Below, piece by piece: positions 21,677-32,815 of a stretch of DNA of 64,000 bases (positions are counted from its first letter, which is position 1; every line of letters begins with the position of its first letter). Source of the stretch: Alphaproteobacteria bacterium (GTDB lineage: Bacteria > Pseudomonadota > Alphaproteobacteria > SMXQ01); assembly GCA_033720855.1 (NCBI GenBank), contig JAWWBR010000004.1, forward strand, positions 377-64,376. The letters are read 5' to 3'. The notes beneath the pieces were generated by a model. The model saw nothing but the letters and a program-made list of their open reading frames with translations. It was not told the origin of the DNA and searched no databases. Made by a program: the position numbers and the translations under genes.

Positions 21677-23089
21677 ATGCCCGACGATGTGAAAAACGTC
21701 CTGAAGATGATCGAGGACAACGACGTTAAGTTCGTCGACTTCCGGTTTACGGATCCGCGCGGAAAGTGGCAGCACACCGCCCAGACCGTCGAGACCATCA
21801 GCGAGGATAGCTTTGTCGAAGGGATCATGTTCGACGGTTCGTCCATCGCTGGCTGGAAGGCGATCAACGAATCGGACATGAACCTCATGCCCGATCCGAC
21901 CACCGCGCGGATGGACCCGTTCACGGCCCAGCCCCAGCTGATCGTGTTCTGCGACGTGTTGGAACCCTCCACCGGCCAGCCCTATTCCCGCGATCCGCGC
22001 TCGACGGCGAAGAAGGCCGAGGCCTATCTTTCGTCCAGCGGTGTCGGCGACACCGCCTATTTCGGGCCCGAGGCCGAGTTCTTCGTTTTCGACAGCGTCC
22101 GCTTCGGCTCGTCCCAGGAACACACCTTCTACAAGCTCGATTCCGAGGAAGGCCCCTGGGCCAGCGTCGACGAGTACGAGGGCGGCAATGTCGGCCACCG
22201 GCCTGCCCCCAAGGGCGGCTACTTCCCGGTGCCGCCGGTCGATTCGATGACCGACATCCGCGCCGAGATGGTGACGGTGATGTCGGAAATGGGCCTCAGC
22301 ATGGAGAAGCACCACCACGAGGTGGCGCCTTCCCAGAACGAGCTGGGCATTAAATTCAACAGTCTGCTGAGCGCCGCGGACGAACTCCAGGTGTACAAAT
22401 ACGTGGTGCACATGGTTGCCCACTCCTACGGCAAGACCGCCACCTTCATGCCCAAGCCGGTGTTCAACGACAACGGGTCGGGCATGCATTGCCATCAATC
22501 GGTGTGGAAGGGCGGCAAGAACGTGTTCGCCGGCTCGGGTTACGCCGACCTTTCGGAATCGGCGCTGCATTACATCGGCGGCATCATCAAGCACGCGCGC
22601 GCGCTCAACGCCTTCACCAACCCCACCACCAACAGCTACAAGCGGCTGGTGCCGGGGTTCGAGGCGCCGGTGCTGCTGGCCTATTCGTCGCGCAACCGCT
22701 CGGCGGCCTGCCGCATCCCCCATGCCACAAGCCCCAATGCAAAGCGCGTCGAGGTGCGCTTCCCGGACCCCTCGTGCAACCCGTATCTCGCCTTCTCGGC
22801 GATGCTGATGGCGGGGATCGACGGCATCGAGAACAAGATCGATCCGGGAGAGGCCATGGACAAGGATCTCTACGATTTGCCGCCCGAGGAGCTGGTCAAC
22901 GTGCCGACCGTGTCGGGATCGCTGCGCGAGGCGCTCGATTCCCTGTGGGCGGACAAGGACTTCCTGCTCAAGGGCGATGTCTTCACCGAAGAGCAGATCC
23001 AGGCCTATTGCGACCTGCGGTGGGAAGAGGTCGTGACCTTCGAGCAGGCCCCCCACCCGGTGGAATTCGAGCTCTATTACAGCGTCTAA
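21677..23089 (+). CDS. glnA: glutamine synthetase type I
   Basis: ~470 aa; GS signature regions ([25 protein letters not shown], adenylylation-site region NLYDLPPEE); alternative GTG start at 21671. Confidence 0.95.
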   Translation: MPDDVKNVLKMIEDNDVKFVDFRFTDPRGKWQHTAQTVETISEDSFVEGIMFDGSSIAGWKAINESDMNLMPDPTTARMDPFTAQPQLIVFCDVLEPSTGQPYSRDPRSTAKKAEAYLSSSGVGDTAYFGPEAEFFVFDSVRFGSSQEHTFYKLDSEEGPWASVDEYEGGNVGHRPAPKGGYFPVPPVDSMTDIRAEMVTVMSEMGLSMEKHHHEVAPSQNELGIKFNSLLSAADELQVYKYVVHMVAHSYGKTATFMPKPVFNDNGSGMHCHQSVWKGGKNVFAGSGYADLSESALHYIGGIIKHARALNAFTNPTTNSYKRLVPGFEAPVLLAYSSRNRSAACRIPHATSPNAKRVEVRFPDPSCNPYLAFSAMLMAGIDGIENKIDPGEAMDKDLYDLPPEELVNVPTVSGSLREALDSLWADKDFLLKGDVFTEEQIQAYCDLRWEEVVTFEQAPHPVEFELYYSV

Positions 23090-23109
23090 CGGCGCGCGAT
23101 GAGCCAAAG

Positions 23110-23139
23110 CCGGCCGCCCCTGGGCGGCCGGTTTTCTTT
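23110..23139 (+). terminator. Rho-independent terminator after glnA
   Basis: CCGGCCGCC-cctg-GGCGGCCGG hairpin followed by TTTTCTTT. Confidence 0.7.
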
Positions 23140-23297
23140 GGGCAAAAAAACCACTAGATATGGGTTGACTGGGGCGAAAACCCCAAGATGATGCTTGCGG
23201 AGCCCCGGACGGGCCCCTATACCTGTGCGGCGGGCGCGCGCCTGGCCTGAGGGTGGCCGTCCGCTGTGTTGATGTTCGCGTATCGGGATAGAGTTGT

Positions 23298-25292
23298 ATG
23301 GCGGATCTTTTTTCCCAGGCCAAGTCACGGGCGCCACGGGGCAAGGGCAAGTCGGAGTATTCGGCCAAGGACATCGAGGTCCTGGAAGGGCTGGAGCCGG
23401 TCCGGCGCCGGCCCGGCATGTATATCGGCGGCACCGATGCCACCGCGATGCACCACCTCGCGGCGGAAGTGGTCGACAACGCCATGGACGAAGCGGTCGC
23501 CGGCCATGCCACGCGGATCGAGCTGACGCTGGAGGCGGACAACTGGATCACCGTCCGCGACAACGGCCGCGGCATCCCGGTCGATCCCCATCCCAAGTTC
23601 AAGACCATCTCTGCGCTCGAGGTGATCCTGACGACCCTGCATTCGGGCGGCAAGTTCTCCTCCAAGGCCTATGAGACCTCCGGCGGTCTGCACGGCGTCG
23701 GCCTCTCGGTGGTCAATGCGCTGTCTCAGGAACTCAACGCCGAGGTCGCCCGCGACGGCAAGATTTGGGTCCAGGCCTATGCCCGGGGCAAGCCCGCCTC
23801 CAAACTCAAATCCCGGGCCGGCGCCAGGAACCGGCGCGGCACGGTGATCCGCTTCCGCCCCGATCCCGAGATCTTCGGCGAAAAGACCGCATTCGAGCCC
23901 CATCGCCTCTATCGCATGGCCCGGGCGAAGGCCCATCTCTATCGCGGCGTCGAGATCCATTGGAAGGCGGATGCCGCCCTGATCGGCGCCAAGGACGAGA
24001 CGCCGGCGCACGCGGTGCTCCACTTCCCCGGCGGCCTTGCCGATTTCCTCGCCGAAGCATTGGGCGAGCGCAAGAGCTTCACCCCCGGCCATTTCATCGG
24101 CGAGGCCAAGCTCGCCAACGGCGCCGGCGAGGAGGGACGGGTGGAATGGGCGCTGACCTGGCCGCGGGACGGCGAGGGCGCCATCGATTCGTATTGCAAC
24201 ACGGTCCCGACGCCCCAGGGCGGCAGCCATGAAAGCGGCTTGCGCACGGGCCTGTTGCGCGCCATCAAGGCCTATGGCGAGCTGGTGGGCAACCGCAAGG
24301 CCGCACAGATCACCGCCGACGACGTCATGGACGGCGCCTTGGGCGCGCTCTCGGTGTTCATCCGCGATCCCCAGTTCCAGGGCCAGACCAAGGAAAAGCT
24401 CGCCAATCCCGGCGTCGCGCGGATGCTCGAAGCCACCGTCAAGGATCATTGCGACCACTGGCTTTCGGGCGATCCGACCACCGCCAATCTCCTGCTCGAG
24501 GCGATCGTCGAGCGGGCCGAAGAGCGCCTCGCCCGCCGTCGCGACCGCGAGCAGAAACGCAAGACCGCGACCCGCAAGCTGCGCCTGCCGGGCAAGCTCG
24601 CCGATTGCACGGCGGCGACCACCGAGGGCACCGAGATCTTCCTGGTCGAGGGTGATTCGGCCGGCGGTTCGGCCAAGCAAGCGCGCGATCGCGCGACCCA
24701 AGCGGTGCTGCCGCTGCGCGGCAAGATCCTCAACGTCGCGACCGCCAGCAACGAGAAGCTGCACGCCAATCAGGAGATCACCGACTTGGTCCAGGCGCTC
24801 GGATGCGGCACCGGCACCCGCTTCGACATCGACAAGCTGCGCTACCAGCGGGTCATCATCATGACCGATGCCGACGTCGACGGCGCCCATATCGCCTCGC
24901 TGCTGATCACCTTCTTCTACCGTGAAATGCCGGACCTTATCGATGCCGGCAGGCTTTTTCTCGCGGTGCCGCCGCTCTACCGCATCAGCCAGGGCGCGGA
25001 CGTGGCCTATGCGCGGGACGACGCCCACAAGGACGAGCTCCTCGCCGGGCGCTTCGGCGGACGCGGCAAGATCGATATCAGCCGCTTCAAGGGATTGGGC
25101 GAAATGCCTCCGGCCCAGCTCAAGGAAACCACCATGTCGCCCCAATCCCGCAGCCTGCTTCGCATCACCATCCCCGAAAAGGCCAAGCGGGAAACCGCTA
25201 AACGGGTCGAGGACCTGATGGGCCGCAAGCCGGAACTGCGCCTGCGTTTCATCCAGGAGCACGCCCGCGAGGCCGCCGAACTGGACATTTAG
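23298..25292 (+). CDS. parE: DNA topoisomerase IV subunit B
   Basis: 664 aa type IIA topoisomerase B subunit (GHKL ATPase EVVDNAMDE, TOPRIM EGDSAGGSAKQARDR); length fits ParE not GyrB. Confidence 0.85.
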   Translation: MADLFSQAKSRAPRGKGKSEYSAKDIEVLEGLEPVRRRPGMYIGGTDATAMHHLAAEVVDNAMDEAVAGHATRIELTLEADNWITVRDNGRGIPVDPHPKFKTISALEVILTTLHSGGKFSSKAYETSGGLHGVGLSVVNALSQELNAEVARDGKIWVQAYARGKPASKLKSRAGARNRRGTVIRFRPDPEIFGEKTAFEPHRLYRMARAKAHLYRGVEIHWKADAALIGAKDETPAHAVLHFPGGLADFLAEALGERKSFTPGHFIGEAKLANGAGEEGRVEWALTWPRDGEGAIDSYCNTVPTPQGGSHESGLRTGLLRAIKAYGELVGNRKAAQITADDVMDGALGALSVFIRDPQFQGQTKEKLANPGVARMLEATVKDHCDHWLSGDPTTANLLLEAIVERAEERLARRRDREQKRKTATRKLRLPGKLADCTAATTEGTEIFLVEGDSAGGSAKQARDRATQAVLPLRGKILNVATASNEKLHANQEITDLVQALGCGTGTRFDIDKLRYQRVIIMTDADVDGAHIASLLITFFYREMPDLIDAGRLFLAVPPLYRISQGADVAYARDDAHKDELLAGRFGGRGKIDISRFKGLGEMPPAQLKETTMSPQSRSLLRITIPEKAKRETAKRVEDLMGRKPELRLRFIQEHAREAAELDI

Positions 25293-25430
25293 GCGGGCCC
25301 CACCGGGACCAGCGGCCGGCTGGGGAGGGAGCCCTCACGGTATTTTGATCGCTCTATGATCGCCTGTCTCTTGCACGGCACCAAAATTGGCTTATGTATT
25401 TTTTTGAAGTCCAGCCTCGGAGGTGCCGCC

Positions 25431-25994
25431 ATGGCCATGGGTAAGAGCCTTTCGATCGGAGCCGTCGCGCTCCTTCTCGCTGCCTGCAGCGGCAATCTCG
25501 TCCGGATGCAGACCGAGTACGGCCCATCGGCCTATGACTACGCCAATTACGAGCTCTACCACGCCGGCCGCGACACCCGGGTGGAGGTCCACGGCAATCC
25601 CTTCGCCATGACGGCGCCCGCCTTTGCCAATGCCGTCACCGACAGGATGATGGGCGCCCCGATCGGCCGGCCGACGCGATTCACCACCAGCCCCGGTCCC
25701 AGCGCGGAGAAGAACCTCCGCGTGGTGATGGCCTTCGATTCCGATAGCGACGCCTACGACCTGTGCAACGGCAAGGTCGTGCCCCAAAAGGCCGAGGCCG
25801 ACATGCTGACGCTGCGCGCGGCGTGGTGTTTCGGCGACCGCCAGGACTCCATGGTCGAGGCCGTCGTCGGGCGCCCCAAGGACGTCGACGATCCGCGCTT
25901 TCGCGATCTGATCGAACAGACCGTGATGAACCTCTTCCCGCGCTTCGAGGATCGCGAGCTGATCAGGGACAACGACAGAAGCATTCGCGAGTGA
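25431..25994 (+). CDS. hypothetical lipoprotein
   Basis: ORF 25356-25994; start at MAMGKSLSIGAVALLLAAC-SGN (lipobox LLAAC); no family recognised. Confidence 0.5.
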   Translation: MAMGKSLSIGAVALLLAACSGNLVRMQTEYGPSAYDYANYELYHAGRDTRVEVHGNPFAMTAPAFANAVTDRMMGAPIGRPTRFTTSPGPSAEKNLRVVMAFDSDSDAYDLCNGKVVPQKAEADMLTLRAAWCFGDRQDSMVEAVVGRPKDVDDPRFRDLIEQTVMNLFPRFEDRELIRDNDRSIRE

Positions 25995-26157
25995 GACCGG
26001 ACCGGGTCGAAGCCGGGCAATTTCGAGGTTCGCCCTTGAAATTGGAACTTTTTTAACCAAATAGCTTTTATCTGACACATCCATTGACTATGTTTGCCCC
26101 GCGCGCCGATGAGCGGCGTCCGCAAGGCAATCGAGATTTTTTGCTGATAAAGATTTC

Positions 26158-27621
<1,464 letters not shown>

Positions 27622-27685
27622 CCCCTCCGCGGCGCGCCCCGCCAGCGCCAATCTTGCAGGGTGGGACCGCGCGCTGTATGCTTTT

Positions 27686-27710
27686 TCCTTCGAATTCTAA
27701 CGAAGGAGGC
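27686..27710 (+). promoter_or_regulatory. hairpin overlapping the RBS of the first TauD gene
   Basis: TCCTTCG-aattctaa-CGAAGGA; 3' arm overlaps GAAGGAGG Shine-Dalgarno 10 nt before ATG 27719. Confidence 0.3.
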
Positions 27711-27718
27711 GGGATGCC

Positions 27719-28567
27719 ATGTCCGTGACCGTGAGCCCCCTCTCTCCCGCCCTCGGCGCCGAGATCGGCAATGCCGACATCGCGGCGGGCATCGACGATG
27801 ACGACTTCGAGGACATCAGGTCGGCCTGGTACCGCTTCGGGCTGATCGTCCTGCGCGACCAGCATATCGACGAGGATCAGCAAATTGCCTTCGGCAGGCG
27901 GTTTGGCGACGTGGCCCCCTGGTCGCGTTTCGCCGATGAGCAGGAAGGCAAGAACGCCAATCCCTATATCATGCTGGTCTCCAACCTGAAGGAGAACGGC
28001 GAATACGTCGGCTCTTTGCAGGAGGGGGAAATCCAGTTTCATTCCGACGGCATCTATACCGAGGAGCCCACCGCGGCCACCATGCTCTATGCCGAACAGC
28101 CCACCGAGCATGGCGGGGAGACCGCCTACGGCAATATGTACCTCGCCTATGATCGGCTGCCCGACGACGTCAAGGCGCGCATCGACGGCATGAAGGCGCG
28201 CCATGCCTTCACCTACAACAGCCTGGTCATCGCCGATAACGAGCAAAAGCTGGCGACCGGCGCAAAGGTGGAAGAAGCCGTCCATCCGGTGGTTCGGGCC
28301 CATCCCGTGACCGGGCGCAAGGCGCTCTACGTCAACCGTCTGATGACCCGGGAAATCCTGGGCATGGACGCCGAGGAGGGCCGTGCCCTGCTTGCCTTCC
28401 TTTACGATCACCTGGAAAAACCGGAATTCATCTATGAACACAAATGGCGCAAGGGCGACGTGCTGCTCTGGGACAACCGATGCCTGGTTCATGCGCGGCG
28501 CGATTTCCCGCCCAGCGAGCTGCGCATCATGAAGCGCCTCACCATCAAGGGTGAACGACCGTCCTAG
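27719..28567 (+). CDS. TauD/TfdA family Fe(II)/2-oxoglutarate-dependent dioxygenase
   Basis: 282 aa; HxD...H facial triad context (HSDGIYTEEP...; ...WDNRCLVHARRDF) typical of TauD/TfdA. Confidence 0.85.
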   Translation: MSVTVSPLSPALGAEIGNADIAAGIDDDDFEDIRSAWYRFGLIVLRDQHIDEDQQIAFGRRFGDVAPWSRFADEQEGKNANPYIMLVSNLKENGEYVGSLQEGEIQFHSDGIYTEEPTAATMLYAEQPTEHGGETAYGNMYLAYDRLPDDVKARIDGMKARHAFTYNSLVIADNEQKLATGAKVEEAVHPVVRAHPVTGRKALYVNRLMTREILGMDAEEGRALLAFLYDHLEKPEFIYEHKWRKGDVLLWDNRCLVHARRDFPPSELRIMKRLTIKGERPS

Positions 28568-28581
28568 CCGAAGGTACCGCC

Positions 28582-29433
28582 ATGCCCATTGCCGTGAAAA
28601 AACTGAGTCCCAATGTCGGCGCCGAGATCAGCGGCATCGATCTCTCCGAGGAGCTTCCGCCGGAGGCGGTGAACACCATCAGGGATGCCTGGCTCCAGCA
28701 CGGGGTGATCGTCTTTCGCGACCAGGATCTGGATGACCACGCCCAGGTGCGCGTCGCCGAAATTTTCGGCGAGTTGAAGATGCGGCCCTTTCCGAAGAAA
28801 GCCCGCGCCGAGTCCCAAAGCGGCACCGACGATCCCTATGACGGCTACACCATGCTGGTGTCCAACATCCGCAAGGACGGCAAGCCCATCGGGTCCCTTC
28901 CCGACGGGGCGATGCATTTCCACGCCGACATGGTCTATACGGAAGTGCCCGCCCGGGCGACGATCCTCTACGGCGTGGAGGTCACCGAAAACGGCGGCGA
29001 AACGCTGTTCGCCTCTCTGACGGCGGCCTATGACGATCTCGACGAGGACACCAAGGCGCTGCTGCGGGGCAAGAGGGCGCTCCAGGGTTTTCTGCAAGGC
29101 ACAACCTTTCGCGAGGACAACACCCCCGATGTCAGTTTCGTCCATCCCATGGTGCAGGTCATCCCCGAAACGGGGCGCAAGGCACTGGTGGTGAGCCGGC
29201 TGCTCACCTTTCACGTGGAGGACATGGACCCGGCGCAATCCGACGCCCTTCTGGAGAGGCTGTTCGACCACATCGAGCGGCCGGAAAACATCTACGCCCA
29301 CAAGTGGCGGCCGGGAGATCTCGTGATCTGGGACAACCGGACGACGGTGCATGGGCGCAACGATTTCGACCCTTCGGAGCGCCGGCTGTTGCGCCGCTAC
29401 GTGACCCTCGGGCAAAAGCCCGTCGCCGCTTAA
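28582..29433 (+). CDS. TauD/TfdA family Fe(II)/2-oxoglutarate-dependent dioxygenase (tandem paralog)
   Basis: 283 aa; same motif arrangement as 27719-28567 (HADMVYTEVP...; WDNRTTVHGRNDF). Confidence 0.85.
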   Translation: MPIAVKKLSPNVGAEISGIDLSEELPPEAVNTIRDAWLQHGVIVFRDQDLDDHAQVRVAEIFGELKMRPFPKKARAESQSGTDDPYDGYTMLVSNIRKDGKPIGSLPDGAMHFHADMVYTEVPARATILYGVEVTENGGETLFASLTAAYDDLDEDTKALLRGKRALQGFLQGTTFREDNTPDVSFVHPMVQVIPETGRKALVVSRLLTFHVEDMDPAQSDALLERLFDHIERPENIYAHKWRPGDLVIWDNRTTVHGRNDFDPSERRLLRRYVTLGQKPVAA

Positions 29434-29460
29434 GCGACCGTTTGCCCGCACCAAAAGAAG

Positions 29461-29489
29461 AAAGGGCGGCACCTAAGGCGCCGCCCTTT
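29461..29489 (-). terminator. bidirectional hairpin terminator between convergent TauD and Bug SBP genes
   Basis: AAAGGGCGGC-loop-GCCGCCCTTT; on minus strand followed by UUUCUUCUUUUGG. Confidence 0.55.
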
Positions 29490-29514
29490 CCCGTTCCCGG
29501 GATGGTGATCCCGC

Positions 29515-30573
29515 TTACCTCTTTTTCGCCTTGGCCTTATCCCGACCCAAGGCCTTGTAAACCGATTCCACGACCGGCTTGGGGGTCTTCCAGGCGCCTT
29601 CCAGGTAGTCGAGCACCTGCTTCCAGGTCCGCGGGTCGACCTTCAGCTTGCGCTTCTTGGCATCCTCCAAGAACTTCGGATCCTGCATGGTGTCCCAGAA
29701 CGCCTTGCGCATGGCCGCGACCCGATCCGCGGGGACCCCCGGCGGCAGGGTATAGGGGCGCCCCAGGACCTGCCAGCCGAAGACCAGGTTGAAGGCCTGC
29801 TTGGCTTCCGTGGTCTTGGCGTATTCGAACACGGTCGGAACGTCGGGGAAGTCGGGATGACGAACCTTGGCTTCCTGGATCAGCATGTGCACCTTCTTGT
29901 CCCGGAGCCAATCGGGCCGCACGTTGCGGATCGAAGAAATGAAGTAACCGCAGATGCCCTGAACTTCGCCCCGTTCGATGGCAAGGACGATGCCCTTGGA
30001 GCCCTTGTAGCCGGTGACCACCTTGTACTTGGTGCCGATAAAGGCGTTCTGCGTCTTGGGCCAGGCCGCCGTCGAGGAACCGCCGGACGTCGCGCCGACG
30101 ATCATCTCTTTCTTCATTACGTCTTCGATGGTCTTGAAGCCGGAGGTGTGCCAGGCCCAGCACGCGCTGGACGATTCCGTGATGCTCCCGAGCCAGTTGA
30201 ACTTGCGCGGGTCGAAATTGGTCTTGCGCCCGCCGATCAGGGCGTCGACGGCGATGCCGCCGGCGAACAGGCCGTAGACGCTGCCGTCCTTCTTGGCGAC
30301 GTTATAGAGGAAATTGGCCGCCTTCAGGCTTCCCGCTCCGCCCATGTTCTTGACGATGAGCCGGGGATTACCGGGAATGTGACGCCCCATGTGCCGCCCG
30401 AGAAGGCGCGTATAGGCGTCATAGCCGCCGCCGGGGTTGTAACCGACGATGAGATCGACATTGCGGCCCTTGTAGAACTTCTCGGCGCTATCCTGTGCCT
30501 GCGCCGCTCCGGAAACGCCCAATGACAGGGCGATAACAGCGCCGAAACCGGCGCTCAAGACTCCAAATCGCAT
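29515..30573 (-). CDS. Bug/TctC family periplasmic solute-binding protein (no C-terminal extension)
   Basis: ORF 29515-30675; start at MRFGVLSAGFGAVIALSLGVSGAAQA after GGGAGAG; FYKGRNVDLIVGYNPGGGYD motif; ends after SBP fold (..KALGRDKAKAKKR). Confidence 0.85.
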   Translation of the reverse strand: MRFGVLSAGFGAVIALSLGVSGAAQAQDSAEKFYKGRNVDLIVGYNPGGGYDAYTRLLGRHMGRHIPGNPRLIVKNMGGAGSLKAANFLYNVAKKDGSVYGLFAGGIAVDALIGGRKTNFDPRKFNWLGSITESSSACWAWHTSGFKTIEDVMKKEMIVGATSGGSSTAAWPKTQNAFIGTKYKVVTGYKGSKGIVLAIERGEVQGICGYFISSIRNVRPDWLRDKKVHMLIQEAKVRHPDFPDVPTVFEYAKTTEAKQAFNLVFGWQVLGRPYTLPPGVPADRVAAMRKAFWDTMQDPKFLEDAKKRKLKVDPRTWKQVLDYLEGAWKTPKPVVESVYKALGRDKAKAKKR

Positions 30574-30739
30574 GGTGCTCTCCCTATGACTGTTTGCGCG
30601 GGGCCCGGCCCCGTCGGCGGCTGAAACACGTCCGCCCTCGGGGCCTATTTTGTGCCAATCGATGTTTCGCCGCAACAGGGGCGGTTATTCGGCTAACATT
30701 CGGCCCCAGACCACCAACCCCACCGCCAGGAGCCGCCTC

Positions 30740-31264
30740 ATGCCGTTCTTTCCCTCCCTGCCCGAGGACGCCGGCGTCCGCAAGATCTGGGAAACCTTCA
30801 ATCCCGAGGCGCAGAGGGGGCTCAGCATCTTCTCGCGTTCCTTCATGCGCAAGGAAGGCATGCTGTCGCCCGCCGACCGGGAAATGATCGCCGCCTTCAC
30901 CAGCGAGCTCAACGACTCGGACTACTGCTTCATCGGCCATTCCCGGGCGGCGGTGAAGCTTGGCGCCGACGAGGCCGTGTTCGAGCCGCTTTTGCAGGAC
31001 ATCGAGACCGCGCCGGTGCGCGAGGAGATGAAGCCGCTGCTGGCCTTCGTCAGGAAGCTGACCCTGACGCCGGCGCGCGTCACCCAGGCGGACGTCGATG
31101 CCGTCTTCGCCGCCGGCTGGGATGAGCAATCGGTGCACGAGGCGATCTGCGTCTGCGCGCGGTTTTCGATGATGAACCGGCTGACGCTGGGCCACGGCCT
31201 GATCCCCAAGGCGGAAAACGCCGACGCCCGGGCCGAGAACATGGACTACGGCAAGGCCGATTAG
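30740..31264 (+). CDS. carboxymuconolactone decarboxylase (AhpD-like) family protein
   Basis: ORF 30650-31264; start at MPFFPSLPEDAGV after CAGGAG; CxxxH-like AhpD-fold region (CFIGHS), alpha-helical ~170 aa. Confidence 0.65.
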   Translation: MPFFPSLPEDAGVRKIWETFNPEAQRGLSIFSRSFMRKEGMLSPADREMIAAFTSELNDSDYCFIGHSRAAVKLGADEAVFEPLLQDIETAPVREEMKPLLAFVRKLTLTPARVTQADVDAVFAAGWDEQSVHEAICVCARFSMMNRLTLGHGLIPKAENADARAENMDYGKAD

Positions 31265-31287
31265 CCCATACCCCCGACGCGCGGAGG

Positions 31288-31316
31288 AAAAAGGCGCCCT
31301 CCCGGAGGAGGGCGCC
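31288..31316 (-). terminator. Rho-independent terminator of Bug SBP copy C
   Basis: Perfect palindrome GGCGCCCTCC-cgga-GGAGGGCGCC followed on minus strand by UUUUU. Confidence 0.8.
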
Positions 31317-31340
31317 AAGGTGTTTGGTGACGGAGGGGGG

Positions 31341-32645
31341 TCAGCCCTGGCAGTTGGCCGAATAGACCAGCCCGCCCTCGCCGTAGTAGGAGACCGAACA
31401 CACCATGCCGGCCTTGAGTTCACCGGCCTTGGCCTTCTTGCCGTTGATCTTGGTCTTGCGGCTGAGGCGCTTTTCGCGGGCCTTGAACTTCCAGGTCTTG
31501 CCCGAGCCATCGGTGAAGGTGATGCGCATCCGCCGCCCCTTGCCCTTGATGCCGGCGATGGTCAGCCCCTTGGCCAGCTTCTTCTTGGCGGTCGGCACCT
31601 TGAGCGCGCGCATCTCGGCATAGACGCCGCGGGCGCGCGCGGCGACCTCCTTCGGATAGGCATAGAGCTGGCGCAGCAGTTTCTCGGCATCGGCGCCCGA
31701 GATCGGGTCGACCTCCAGCGAGGCCTTTTCGATGCCCTTCTTGAAGTCGGGCTTGGTGACCATGGTCTCGAACGCCTTGCGCAGCGCCGCCGCGCGTTCG
31801 GGGTGGGTTCCCGGTGCGACGATGAAGGGGCGATTGAGCTCCTCCCACATGATGATCGCTTCGAGCACCTTGCGGTCGCTGTCGGTCTTGGCGTATTCGA
31901 GGACGCTGGGCACGCCGGGCAGATCGTCGCGCCGGCGCACGGAAAGCAGCGCCAGCACGTTCACGAACTTCTCCTTGACCCATTTCGGACGGCGGTCCTT
32001 GAGCTGGGTCCAGGACCAGGCGCCGACGCCCTGCACTTCGCCGCGCTCCATGGCGAGCGTGCTTTCGCCGGTGGAGCCATAGCCCACCACCACCTTGAAC
32101 TTGGTGCCCAGCACCTGGTTGAGGACACGGGGATAGACGCCGCCGCCCGACCGCGCCGAGGTGGCGCCGAGGACAACCTCCTTCTCCATCGCCTGCCTCA
32201 GGTCGGTCACCCCGGAATCGGCGCGGGCAAACGTCACCGAACTGCCGCGCGTGTAGACGCCGAGCCAATAGAACTTGAGCGGATCGAAACGCGCGCCGGC
32301 GGCACCGATATAGGCCTCACGCATCGCCGCGGGATGGAAATGGGCGATCACAGAACCGTCCTTCGGGCCCTTGGCATAAAGCCAGTTCAAAAGCCGCATG
32401 CTGCCGGCCCCGGGCATGTTCTGGGCGATCATGCTGGGTTGGCCCGGGATGTACTTGTTGAGATGGCGGGCCACGACGCGGCCGCCGCGGTCGTATCCGC
32501 CGCCCGGGCTGAACCCGATGATCACCCGGACCCGGGTCTTCTTATAGAAATCGCTCACCGCGTCGGCGGCGGCTGGGGCCGGTGCGGCGGTGCCGCCGAT
32601 GGCGGCCGCCATCATGGCCATGACCAGAATTTTTACTGACTTCAT
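31341..32645 (-). CDS. Bug/TctC family periplasmic solute-binding protein with Lys-rich C-terminal extension (tandem copy C)
   Basis: 434 aa; signal peptide MKSVKILVMAMMAAAIGGTAAPAPAAA; FYKKTRVRVIIGFSPGGGYD; tail ...GKGRRMRITFTDGSGKTWKFKAREKRLSRKTKINGKKAKAGELKAGMVCSVSYYGEGGLVYSANCQG. Confidence 0.85.
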   Translation of the reverse strand: MKSVKILVMAMMAAAIGGTAAPAPAAADAVSDFYKKTRVRVIIGFSPGGGYDRGGRVVARHLNKYIPGQPSMIAQNMPGAGSMRLLNWLYAKGPKDGSVIAHFHPAAMREAYIGAAGARFDPLKFYWLGVYTRGSSVTFARADSGVTDLRQAMEKEVVLGATSARSGGGVYPRVLNQVLGTKFKVVVGYGSTGESTLAMERGEVQGVGAWSWTQLKDRRPKWVKEKFVNVLALLSVRRRDDLPGVPSVLEYAKTDSDRKVLEAIIMWEELNRPFIVAPGTHPERAAALRKAFETMVTKPDFKKGIEKASLEVDPISGADAEKLLRQLYAYPKEVAARARGVYAEMRALKVPTAKKKLAKGLTIAGIKGKGRRMRITFTDGSGKTWKFKAREKRLSRKTKINGKKAKAGELKAGMVCSVSYYGEGGLVYSANCQG

Positions 32646-32761
32646 CTTCCCTGTTCTCCCTACAGTCTCTACAAAAAGGCAAAATCACCGGCCGCGGGGA
32701 CATCCCGCACCGATGATCCGGTCTCCCGTCCGATACATAGCACAGCGGCGCCCGGAAAACG

Positions 32762-32791
32762 AAAAAAGGCGCCCTCCCGGAGGAGAGCGCC
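32762..32791 (-). terminator. Rho-independent terminator of Bug SBP copy D
   Basis: GGCGCCCTCC-cgga-GGAGAGCGCC (one G-U pair) followed on minus strand by UUUUUU. Confidence 0.8.
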
Positions 32792-32815
32792 AAGGTGTTC
32801 GGTGACAGGGCGGGT

